Virus record (IMG/VR): IMGVR_UViG_3300005805_000002
Location: 1-64,000 of that record
Source: a virus
Lineage: Duplodnaviria; Caudoviricetes
Reading direction: 5' to 3' (one strand)
DNA length: 64,000 bases
Both the position numbers and the translations under genes were made by a program. Shown piece after piece: positions 11,001 to 20,000 of the stretch. The stretch's first letter is position 1. Each line of letters begins with the position of its first letter. Below the pieces are notes generated by a model, which saw only the letters and a program-made list of their open reading frames with translations, searched no databases and had not been told where the DNA came from.

Positions 11001-12018
11001 GCAAAATCTTTATACAAATGAAGCGTCGGCCACCGCAGTGTTTTGGCGGGGCTCGATGTCGTCTGCGACTTACAACACGCTGGACGTAAAAGCCGCTGAA
11101 GCTGGCGCGTGGGGTTACTGCGCCAGCGCCACGAATCAGTATACCGCAGGTGCTAAAGCTACTGAGGTGTTTTATAGAACGCAGCTTTCTTCTACGTACA
11201 ACAGTATGGACGCGAAGTCGGCTGAAGCGGGTAACTGGGGCTACATTAGTAACGGGTCCAACCAGTATACTCTCGGGGCCAAATCTTCTGAGGTCTTCGT
11301 TAGAGCACAACTCTCTTCTACGTACAACAGTATGGACGCCAAGTCGTCCGAAGCGGGAAATTGGGGCTACATATCCGGCGGGTCTAACGCTTTTACGGCC
11401 GGAGCAAAATCTTCGGAGGTATTCTTCCGCGCGCAGCTCTCTTCCGTGTACAGCACGATAGACGCTAAGAGCATTGGAGCTGGGTGTTGGGGATACACAA
11501 ACAACGGAACTATTCAGTACACGCTCGGGGCCCAAAGTTCGGAGGCCTTTCTCAGAGGGCAGTACAGCCAGTCATACGTAGGAATTTCTGTGAAAAACGC
11601 GTCTGGCGATATCTGGGGGTATACGTCGGGAACTACCCAGTGGAAAGCAATCGCGACGTCAAGTAATGCCAAGATGCAGGTGTTTAACAGCTCCGGCTGG
11701 GCTGAGATATTTGCGTCTGGAAGCCAAGTCAACTTCGCCGCGTCGCTAAATAACGACTACGCGTACCTCACTCAAAACACGCTTAGTATCGAGTATGCGA
11801 ACGGAGATAGCGCTACAGTCAATCCCGGTGAGGCTTGGCTGAACTACAGCAGCGGTGCATGGCTTCAGTTGTATGGCGGCGGTGTCTACATGAACGACGG
11901 GTCAAATTATGTGGATATCCAGCCCCCCAGTGGTAAAGACGCTTACTTCAGGCAGGTGACTCTCTGCGTGAATGGCGAGTCAAAAACGGCATATTTCTTA
12001 ATGACTGAACCGGAGTAG
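8038..12018 (+). CDS. 1326-aa repetitive structural protein (fibre/spike-like)
   Basis: Three copies of KRLVxASE..VKLRELELxxPxGCPxD at 8695, 9706 and 10444; four TKGQAEtYxWxYADQG blocks; tandem AKSSEVFxRAQLSSTYNSMDAKS repeats near the C-terminus. Confidence 0.6.
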   Translation: MEADHVMADDDYPLSFLPPMKFDPFMGRSLIRKGGAGGSPSLTWRTGYPYDLMEDIPPLGAKNSTSARGGAVKYIDPSYPGVFPQIDRYFAFVAKEEEISLWGYVKQAAEWNWQVRIPYDGKSVTQALYNTASETYLAAVIKDQNKESSVWGYNENAKRNYRIIADQDEAKVEAWENDGAESKYIIATTKDFPTTTPSHSKNKRLVLASESFKNTKPQLVKLRELELDLPKGCPFDLTFAVNENTDSSVGAVKHTGCTIVDGENVGNGVFERYAAAVAETTNAGFTAYYGVSNEGYLDASTKGQAETYVWGYADQGETNFRSQAFGYDAKTEIWHTNGNEYASLSYTTADSGAYGFHGSDKKYWRIYATNTRPEMQLWTGDGRAWASTFAQPAESAFYGWCDTQQSSARMRCIPFKGQVELWRSDGMNYALMEQKPGEASFYCFSNNQAFNFKAATTPGNTDKAEMSVWANGDSGYAVVGTKGQAETYLWGYADQGDSNVRLRAFGADASLEAWNNQQERGIYIDTKDFPSSSSGTKKKRLVAASEQYSNGAKPEIVKLRELELGIPHGCPYDLTFDIADNANSATGSVKHTGCINQDGELVGNNIYDRYAAARSDSAKTGFVTYFGTSNDGYLDMSTKGQAETYVWGYADQGETNFRSQAFGYEARTELWHNNGDEYAILGYTTTQSRVYGFHGSSKKYWLVGADGTKTEATVWTDGNDGYASLGTKGQAESYAWIYADQGDCNARLRAFGADASLEAWNNQQDRAIYLNTKEFPNTSSGTKKKRLVAASESYSNGAKPTMVKLRELELSIPHGCPFDIIFNVADSSNSASGAVKHTGCVNQDGELVGNDVYERYAAARAESAQTGFVAYWEPSSRVYLDNSVKTDETYTYGYADNGTSSHRLRSKAFRSELELWRDDGEGYALLRQESFATSLWCNAGGEVYNVKMAADTGADSSYFRAYGSGSNVFTSMHTEPDKASTWGYSNNQQNLYTNEASATAVFWRGSMSSATYNTLDVKAAEAGAWGYCASATNQYTAGAKATEVFYRTQLSSTYNSMDAKSAEAGNWGYISNGSNQYTLGAKSSEVFVRAQLSSTYNSMDAKSSEAGNWGYISGGSNAFTAGAKSSEVFFRAQLSSVYSTIDAKSIGAGCWGYTNNGTIQYTLGAQSSEAFLRGQYSQSYVGISVKNASGDIWGYTSGTTQWKAIATSSNAKMQVFNSSGWAEIFASGSQVNFAASLNNDYAYLTQNTLSIEYANGDSATVNPGEAWLNYSSGAWLQLYGGGVYMNDGSNYVDIQPPSGKDAYFRQVTLCVNGESKTAYFLMTEPE

Positions 12019-12024
12019 AAAACA

Positions 12025-12525
12025 GTGGTCGTTCTTCCATCGCCTTATAACGATACTTGCAGCGAAGGCGGGTGCTGCTTGGACGAGGAGTGCAGCCTCA
12101 CGTTAATCCATGTAGACGAAAATCGCTGCGAAGATGATATATACGATATCTACGTGGTTAGAGGAGATGGGTCTTGGAGATACATAGAGCAAATTGACTT
12201 GGTGTCGTCCCCGGCTGGGTGCTGTTACGAAGACGAGGATGGTAATGAATGTCCGCAAACTGAAAAACAGGTTAGTTTGACGATATCTAATGATGATTTG
12301 AATGCTTGTTGTAGATTAAAAATAAGACTGGAACAAGTGGGCTCTAACTGCTGTGGTACGTACACGAGATTCAGTATAGAAGGCCCGTCAGGAGCAGAAG
12401 TATTTAGTTCGTATTTTAGTGGCACATTTGAGGAAGAGTTCGATGCCAGAGAACTGTGCGTGTCTAATAGCGGGGCAGCAGCAGCAGCCGTGCCGTTTAG
12501 CATGGGCGAAATTGGAATTGTGTAA
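12025..12525 (+). CDS. Cys-rich acidic hypothetical protein
   Basis: 13 Cys including four CC pairs; GTG start. Confidence 0.55.
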   Translation: MVVLPSPYNDTCSEGGCCLDEECSLTLIHVDENRCEDDIYDIYVVRGDGSWRYIEQIDLVSSPAGCCYEDEDGNECPQTEKQVSLTISNDDLNACCRLKIRLEQVGSNCCGTYTRFSIEGPSGAEVFSSYFSGTFEEEFDARELCVSNSGAAAAAVPFSMGEIGIV

Positions 12526-12528
12526 CGA

Positions 12529-13767
12529 ATGAAATTTCTACACAGCCTGTGCGTAGTGTCACCAGAGCCGATACCCGCGCCGGAAACGCTTTACGGATAC
12601 TGGGAAAATTTTGGAAGCATTCAAAGCGGTTTGTGCTGGACGCTGTCTTTCTTGCGGTTGAAAAACTTATGCACGGAACTTGGTGGGACTGTAGAGTTTT
12701 GGGGCAACGAGCAGGGTATAGACTTTATCAATGAACTCGGGCTTATCTACGATAAGATAGTACACATCAGCAACGAGGACACTGAGAGGTCGCCGGAGCG
12801 CTTCTGGAGCTTTGGAAAAGTGCTTACCTTGTCAAAGCAAACAGTGCCCTTTTTACACGTGGACGGAGATGCTTTCTTTGCGAAGCCGCCCCCGGAGCAG
12901 TGGCTAAACTCAGCGTTCATCGTTCAGGGGAGAGAGGAGTGGAACCCCAACCGAGCATGGTCGTGGTTTTACGGTTTGTTCGCCACGCTTTCTCGAATAG
13001 GAGTTCGCGATCCGTTAATGGACTTGGTGTGGGAGACGGCGCACTCTAGCAAGTGCCAAGGGGACACGAATACGTGGAATTTCGGAGTTGTAGGCGGGTC
13101 CAGTTCATTAATACCTGAAGCATGTGATCAAGTCGTCGAATTTGCTCGGAAGTTCGCGCCAGAAATAGATAAGTGTGGCGGAAAGATCTTCCCGGCCTGT
13201 GTGCTTGAACAGATGTGGGTTCCGCTGCTTCTTAGGGCGAGAGGAGTGGAACCTACCCCGCTTTTGTCGGAAAAAGATTACCAAAAGCAAGCCGTGGATC
13301 TTGGCTACGCTCATTACTTAGAGAATGCTAAAAAAAGCCCCTCTCACTTGAATCAAGTGCGAAATCGAGTGGCTGAGCTTTGGCCCGAGGCTCCCGTCCT
13401 GAAAAGCAAGTACGACATTCGTCCGAAAAGAATTGCAAAACAACTAGAGTATCGGGAACCTTCGTTGAGTAAGAAGGCCCAGTCGTTGTCTAAAGACATG
13501 GCCGCTTGGATGAAGCGCGGACTGCCAACGGTACCGGACTCGGTGTTTGAAAAGCGTCTGGCAATCTGCTCAGACTGTGAGTTCTGGGATGAGAAGGGCT
13601 TTTTTGGTACGGGTAAGTGCCTAAAATGTGGGTGCTCTTCCAAAGCTAAGCTAAAAATGGCGACATCAAAGTGCCCCGTTGACAAATGGGGCCCCGAAGA
13701 ATTTTATGCAAAACCAACAACCAACACCAATGGTGACAATAACAGTAACCCCGCAACAGCTAGTTGA
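12529..13767 (+). CDS. Nucleotide-sugar transferase-like protein (DUF6734-like) with C-terminal Cys cluster (DUF6171-like)
   Basis: FWSFGKVLTLSKQTVPFLHVDGDAFF (DxD-type); C-terminal RLAICSDC...KCLKCGC...KCPVDKW. Confidence 0.6.
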   Translation: MKFLHSLCVVSPEPIPAPETLYGYWENFGSIQSGLCWTLSFLRLKNLCTELGGTVEFWGNEQGIDFINELGLIYDKIVHISNEDTERSPERFWSFGKVLTLSKQTVPFLHVDGDAFFAKPPPEQWLNSAFIVQGREEWNPNRAWSWFYGLFATLSRIGVRDPLMDLVWETAHSSKCQGDTNTWNFGVVGGSSSLIPEACDQVVEFARKFAPEIDKCGGKIFPACVLEQMWVPLLLRARGVEPTPLLSEKDYQKQAVDLGYAHYLENAKKSPSHLNQVRNRVAELWPEAPVLKSKYDIRPKRIAKQLEYREPSLSKKAQSLSKDMAAWMKRGLPTVPDSVFEKRLAICSDCEFWDEKGFFGTGKCLKCGCSSKAKLKMATSKCPVDKWGPEEFYAKPTTNTNGDNNSNPATAS

Positions 13768-13912
13768 TCTCCGGACCTTTCTGGAGAGAACTGAACTGAA
13801 GGGATTCGAGAGCGTCCGGTTCCTTGAGCTGGCTCAGGCCATCGGCCGGGCCAAGGAAGAGCCTTCGGAAGACCGCCCGATTCCTGAATTAAAGGTTGAA
13901 GAAAAACGGTGA
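13706..13912 (+). CDS. Small hypothetical protein
   Basis: ATG at 13706; LERTELKGFES motif typical of small tail-region proteins. Confidence 0.5.
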   Translation: MQNQQPTPMVTITVTPQQLVDLRTFLERTELKGFESVRFLELAQAIGRAKEEPSEDRPIPELKVEEKR

Positions 13913-13915
13913 CGC

Positions 13916-13932
13916 GGTAAGATACCGCGACA
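13916..13932 (+). promoter_or_regulatory. Perfect 7-bp hairpin directly before the ATG at 13933
   Basis: cgcggta-aga-taccgcg. Confidence 0.35.
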
Positions 13933-14853
13933 ATGTTGACTCTTCAGCAAGCTGTAGAGCAGTTACCCCTGCTCAAGAAATCGCAGACCGCCGCTTATCA
14001 GGTCAATCTGGCCTGTGAGCGGTTGGTCGCGATGGGCAAATTCAAGGGCTGGGTTCTGCCCCTGAATTTACACGTTTACGAGAAAGGCACGGTAACCCTC
14101 CCGGGGGATTTCGAGACTATGCTAGGGGCTACTTTGAACGGCTCCGCTCAAGAGGTCAAAGACCCTTGGTACGAATTTGCCCCCAGACCCAACCGAGAGT
14201 ATAAGCCAGATCCGGAGTTCTATCCTGCGGATCTCGGCGACAAGCATGTGACTTACAGGTCGCCTGCCGGGGCTGCCGAGTTACGGGTTACGGCCGCTGA
14301 CGCGGGCGATGAAAACACGGAAATAACTGTCAAAATCCGACAGTCCAACGACCAAGGCGTCCGAGCCGAAACTTCCGAATGGACCGGGACAGTCGCGGAC
14401 GCCAACGGGTTGTTCAATACAGTACCCATCGACGAAGTGATCAGTTTCTCAAAACCCCGCACCAGCGGGCACCTTGTGCTGTCGGCTATGCTGAATGGTC
14501 TGTGGGTGGAGGTTGGTCGTTTCCAGCCGCGAGACACCGAGATTAGTTTCCGTAAGTATTCTATTCCCGCCGCCGAAGAAGGGGACACCGTTGTTGCCTA
14601 TTGCAAAAAGCGATTCCGCCCCGTGGAGGAGCTGACCGACGAACTTCCCGTAGAATCAATTTATGCCTTGCGTTTGGCGCTCGAAGCATTATTGTCCGAA
14701 ACGGAAGGTGACATCGAAAAAGCGTCTAATTTCTGGGCGCTCTCTCGAAAGGCTCTTTCCGACGCACTGTCAGAATTCCGCAGTTCAGCAGTGCGCACTG
14801 TGCCGATCTATTGTCGTGCCGCTGCGGGATCGAAACTTCGGGCTATCCGATAA
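13933..14853 (+). CDS. Putative head-tail adaptor / tail tubular protein
   Basis: Helical N- and C-termini (VNLACERL; ALRLALEALL...ASNFWALSRKAL) with 'VTLPGDFETML'; precedes the internal virion genes as in podoviruses. Confidence 0.45.
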   Translation: MLTLQQAVEQLPLLKKSQTAAYQVNLACERLVAMGKFKGWVLPLNLHVYEKGTVTLPGDFETMLGATLNGSAQEVKDPWYEFAPRPNREYKPDPEFYPADLGDKHVTYRSPAGAAELRVTAADAGDENTEITVKIRQSNDQGVRAETSEWTGTVADANGLFNTVPIDEVISFSKPRTSGHLVLSAMLNGLWVEVGRFQPRDTEISFRKYSIPAAEEGDTVVAYCKKRFRPVEELTDELPVESIYALRLALEALLSETEGDIEKASNFWALSRKALSDALSEFRSSAVRTVPIYCRAAAGSKLRAIR

Positions 14854-14871
14854 TTTCTCCATGCACGACTT

Positions 14872-15894
14872 ATGGCTGAACCATCACTTGATCAATTAGA
14901 AAAGCAAATTGCTGTGCTGCAAGCTCGCGCAGCGCAAATGCGGGGCGGTCAACAACCGACCGCGAACCCGTATAGCATAGCCACTCAGATGTCCACTGGG
15001 GCCAAGGCGGCAGCAGACGCCGCTGACGCGATGATGCCTCAAGCTCCCGGCGCTCCCGTACCACGTCCGGATTCTAGTCCCGTTCCGGTTCCCGGTCAGA
15101 TCGAGGTGTCTCCCGAGGAACAACGCGCTCGTCAGATCGAAGCAGCTCTCAGAAACGTGGGGTTCGCCGGGGCTATGCTGCAAATGGGACGCCCTCCTCG
15201 TAGACCGATCACGTCATCGAAGATGCCCAGAGACCCGTATGACGACTACGCTGCCGCTCAAATGCAGGGCGTGATTGCTCGTGAATTGGGGGGCATGGGA
15301 GGCATAGGTGGATTCGGCGGGATGCCAAATATCGCCATGCCGAAAGACCCGCAAAACATTTTCCCGCGCAGGCCCCCTGCTGGTGAAGGGGGCGAGGTAA
15401 TTCTGCTTGGGGCCGACCGCGCTAACTCGGCTTTTAATAACTTCTTGAGAAGCTCCCCAGCAGATCAAGCTAAACTGGAGCAGCGAGCCGCTTCGGCCGG
15501 AATGGACGTTCGCAACTTCCTTTCGCTTTCTAGTTTGGATCAATACAAAGCCATCAACGGAACGTTGGGTCAACCAACGCCCTCTTCAGTCGCTACAGGT
15601 CGTCCTAGAGAAACAACCAGATATACCGCCAATGGTGCCGAAACTGCTTTTACTAACACACCCCAGCAGTTCCCGGGCGCTGCCCAAACTCGCATTGACG
15701 CAAGAGGAGTCCAGATTACAAATTACCCCAGCGGGGCAGTCACGATGCTCGGACCGGGAGTCCGGGGAGCCGGGGTTCCCGCGAACTCGCCGCGAGCTAG
15801 CAGCGAAGTTGCTCGGGAACTGACCTATAGAAGCAACCTTGCAGGCGCAGCCCTCAACTCGCTAAATCGCCCGTCTATGCGATTTGGTTTCTAA
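14872..15894 (+). CDS. Putative internal virion protein
   Basis: Gly/Pro/Ala/Gln-rich; upstream of the giant protein. Confidence 0.5.
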   Translation: MAEPSLDQLEKQIAVLQARAAQMRGGQQPTANPYSIATQMSTGAKAAADAADAMMPQAPGAPVPRPDSSPVPVPGQIEVSPEEQRARQIEAALRNVGFAGAMLQMGRPPRRPITSSKMPRDPYDDYAAAQMQGVIARELGGMGGIGGFGGMPNIAMPKDPQNIFPRRPPAGEGGEVILLGADRANSAFNNFLRSSPADQAKLEQRAASAGMDVRNFLSLSSLDQYKAINGTLGQPTPSSVATGRPRETTRYTANGAETAFTNTPQQFPGAAQTRIDARGVQITNYPSGAVTMLGPGVRGAGVPANSPRASSEVARELTYRSNLAGAALNSLNRPSMRFGF

Positions 15895-17011
15895 GACTAT
15901 GCCACGAGGAGCCGGACGCAGCATTGACCCTCTGGATGACCGTCTTGTGGCGGTCGGCCAAGCTATGGACATCATGGGTTCCGTAATTGAGAGGGAGCAA
16001 AGCTACCGCCAAGAAGCTAGGGCCCAAGCCGCTCTAGCGCTAGACGCTCAGCGTATTGCTCTCGCCCGTTCTCAAGAAGATCGGATGATCATCGACCAGC
16101 AACGTCGGATCACGCAGGAACAAAATGCCCAGACTGCTTATCAAACGGCAGCGACTGGTCTCATGCAGATCGATCCGGATACTCCGCAGGCGGCACAAGA
16201 GGTCCTCGCGTGGAAATCCTTTGCTGGAAAACACCTAGACGGAAACCAAATGCGCGAACTCTTCGACCCTATCGAGAGCGCTATCGACGTAAACACGAGA
16301 ACCTTCGGAGAGTTGCGCGCGAAAACGGGTATCCGTGATCCGATCATCGGCCAAGACGGTCGTTATGACTGGGACGCTACGTTCGACGCTGCTCAGAGAA
16401 ATCTGGACGAGCTTAAACTTCGGACCGAGTCGTGGAGCGACGACGGGCGCTTTCTCTATCACAACCTTCGAGAAAAAGCGGGCTTTGGTGAATACGAGGC
16501 AATGAGCCTCGCTAATCAGAGCGAAGAAGCCCGCCGCTTGATTGAAGGGGCCCAAGCTGCGGCCAAGGAGCTGGGCCAGCCTCTGCTAATCGAAAAGGAT
16601 GACATGGAGCGTATGCGTCGAACCGTTCTTCCCAGCTCTTCCTATGGAGTAAGCGCGGTGCCCCCAGCCGGAGCTTTGGGCACTGACTTTGTGAATGCTC
16701 CCGGTCTCGGCAGCTACATTTATGATTTGGACGAAGTGAAAAACTGGCTCGCGGGCAAAGTAGATCCGGTCATCATCAAAGCGCAAAACGACAAACTAAA
16801 ACGTGCGGATGAAGCGCAAGACGTCTGGATGCAGGGTCAGAAAAACGACGCGGCCGAGTCCGCAGCTCGCGCCAATTACTACAATGCTCAAGCAGACAAA
16901 GCCCGCATGACCACCGTAACTCCCGACAGCCAGCCCTACGTTGATCCGCTCGCCCCGGACGGTGGACAACCAAACCGAGGAAACCTTCCTTTTGACCCTG
17001 TAGGACCCTAG
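15884..17011 (+). CDS. Putative internal virion (ejection) protein
   Basis: Coiled-coil N-terminus; operon position. The start may be ATG 15899 (MPRG). Confidence 0.5.
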   Translation: MVSKTMPRGAGRSIDPLDDRLVAVGQAMDIMGSVIEREQSYRQEARAQAALALDAQRIALARSQEDRMIIDQQRRITQEQNAQTAYQTAATGLMQIDPDTPQAAQEVLAWKSFAGKHLDGNQMRELFDPIESAIDVNTRTFGELRAKTGIRDPIIGQDGRYDWDATFDAAQRNLDELKLRTESWSDDGRFLYHNLREKAGFGEYEAMSLANQSEEARRLIEGAQAAAKELGQPLLIEKDDMERMRRTVLPSSSYGVSAVPPAGALGTDFVNAPGLGSYIYDLDEVKNWLAGKVDPVIIKAQNDKLKRADEAQDVWMQGQKNDAAESAARANYYNAQADKARMTTVTPDSQPYVDPLAPDGGQPNRGNLPFDPVGP

Positions 17012-17022
17012 CGGAGAACGTT

Positions 17023-20000
17023 ATGGCCTTTAACGAGTCCGCATTGGAACAACCCTACATGAGCTGGGACGACGTCGTGTCGTCCGAGGCTTACCGTTCG
17101 CGCAATAACGAAGAGCGGCTGGAGACCTTCGACAACTGGTCGGAGTACAATGTCGCTTATCGGCAGAAGCAAATGGGGGGCATGGACCCCGAAGCTATCA
17201 AGCAAGTTGAGCCCGCCTTGAAAGAGGAGGAAGAGTGGATGGTCTCCAAGCGCGAAGAGCTTGCAGGCCGCTATTCCATCCCCGGTCTCCTCGAACGGGA
17301 GGGCGTCCCTGCGGAAGACTCGGGCAGAGTCATTGACATCTTGCAAGACAGTAGCTCCCTCAAACAGCAGGGTTTCTCGGATAAACAAATCAGTGAAGCC
17401 CGGGAAAAAGTTTGGGACGCCTACGGCCAGTCATTCAAGTTTTCCCAGACCGGACCATCTGGAGAGCTTTCTGAGTCAGACGAAGAGTTGAAGAAGCGGT
17501 TTTGGGAAGACCCGACCGTAGGGGATAACCTCAACACGGTTTGGAATCAGTTCGCCAACAATACGTATACCGTTGCGCTTCGCACGCTCGCGGGCATTGC
17601 CGACTTTTCGGACCGGGGTTCCGCCATGCTCGCCAACGCAGGATCGATGCTCGGTCTACCCGAAGACGAGAAATACACGGACTTTGAGGGCAAAAAAGAC
17701 GAGCGCTTCTTTGGGAGTATCGCCAATTGGGCCCGAGGTTTGTCCGACGAGATCAGCGCGGGTCTACCTACAGACCCGAGGCTGGGACGGTACACGCAAG
17801 CGGCCATTGGAGGCGCTACCCAGATGCCCATCAACCTTGTCACGGCTCCGTTCACGGCGCTCAACGCCGTCACAAACTACGGGCAGATGTACGAGGACAA
17901 CTACCAAACGTTCAGGGACGCACACGCTCGTGCCATCTATGACGAAGCGGTAGATGCGGGACGAATCTCTCCCGAGACTTCGTTTGACTTGTGGGAGTCC
18001 CGTTTGACAGACGAGGAGAAAGCCGACATCAGCGGGGCAGCCGCGTGGAAAGCGGCCATTGTCGCGGTCCCGCAAGCGGCTCTTGAGACGGTAATGGATA
18101 AGTTTTTGGTCAACGGCATTCCACTTGAAGGTGTCCCGGGAGGCAAAGTCGTTGGCAGCCTTATGTCGTGGGGTAGGCGCAGTATGCCCAAGGTCACTGC
18201 GGCCACAGCCATATTCGGGTCAGCCACGGCAAAAGGCGTGGGAGAAGCTATTACCGAAGGCCTTCAAGACTTTCCCAAGAACGTCGTTGAGACGGCCATC
18301 GAAGGCAAGGCCACGGGCGTCGGTGATTTCGTTGCTCGCTCTTTCAAAGATTTGGACCTTTCAATGGTTGGCGGGTTTGCGGGCGGTACAACTGCTGGAG
18401 GCATCACGGCGAATACAACTCTCCGTCAGGAGCGCGCGGCTCAGTGGGCCATCGGCATGGTCGATCAGACCAGCGACGTTTATAAGAAAGCCGCCGAACG
18501 GGTTGAGCAGACCAAGCAGCAGGCCGGAGAGCAGTCGCTCCAATACAAAGAAGCCTCCCGCAATTTTGAGGCTCTTCAGGATCAAGCCCACTGGATCCTT
18601 AACAAACTCAGTGACCCCAAAGCGGATAGCACTCGTGCGGCAGTGGCCGAGGAGCGGGCTAAAGCAACCAAGACTTTCAGGGACGAGTTCACCAACTGGG
18701 CCAAGCAGAACGGATTCGAGAATGCTCTGGCTGCCGGAACCGAGGGTAACCGTGATTTCAACCGGAAGGTTGCTGAGATTCGCGGCAGGTTCGCCAACCT
18801 CCGTCGCGCTGCGCAATCTCAAGGTCTCACGCAGACTGCTCAAGCTATCAACGAAGCAGAGAGAACCCAAGTAGCCGAGGCTGCCAAAGAGCTGACCGAC
18901 AGGCAGAAAGAAGCCCAAGACGCCATCAATGCGTTCATCGGTTCCGTGGATCAGACGGGACCCGGTCGGGCGGCTTACGCTCGTTCGGAGATCATGCGCG
19001 TTTTTCCCGACTTTGCTTTCTCGGAAGATTTCAAAAATGATGACGTGGTCATTGGGATCTTGGATGCCTTGGAAAGCCGGGAGATCAACGCCGATACCGA
19101 CTTGGCTGCATGGCTGCAAAAGGAAATTCCTTCGGCCAAGGTTGAAGACAACGTCGCCAACCCGCCTTCAGAAACTGTTCAAGCCCCGACTGCCACACAA
19201 ACTCAAACCACTCCGCAAGACAATGGGCAGACAAGCACCGAAAATCAAACAAGCGGGGAGACTGCGGCGGTTCCTGATGCAGCAACAGATGGATCAGGAA
19301 CTGGAGTCGGATCTGAGACGGGGGGAACCGGAACAGTATCGGTCGTCGAGACCGCTACAGACACCGGAAACACCCAAGCTCCCGGAACGACTACGACCGC
19401 CAATGTTCCCGCCGTAAACCTAAGCGCAGACCCCGAACTAGAGACCGCAGTCACGCAAGCAAAGACGGCGGAAGAGTTCGAGGCTTGGGCCAAAAAGAAT
19501 AAACGCGACGCAATCCGGCCTCCTGAAGGCGGGATCTATTCTCCGCGAGTCTATTGGTCTACGCGGCAACAGCAGGCGGAAAACCAGACTCAACAAGCCC
19601 CCGAGGAGACTACTCAGAATGTCGAAACCACTGCCGAGACAGGAGCAACTGGAGAGACTACTCCAGAGTCTACTGCTAATGAGACGCAACCTACGCCGCC
19701 TCCGGCTGTTGACACGGCCGCAATCGTCGCAGAAGTCGAAGCCAACCCGCAAACGCACTCCCGTAAAGTTGGTCGCAAAACGGAAATCTCGCGTGAAGCG
19801 GCGGTCGCAGCGCTGAGCAAACTTCCCGAAGGGACCATCTCCCGCCGCCAAGCCATTGAGCTTGGAAAGTCGCTCAATTTGTCCGGTCCGAGAGTCGCGC
19901 GGCTGGCCGCTCTGCGTGGGGATGCTGCCGCTGCTTCCGACATTCTTGCCGGAAAGTACGACGCCGATCTCGGCCTGTTCGACCGCGCCACGGCTCCGGT

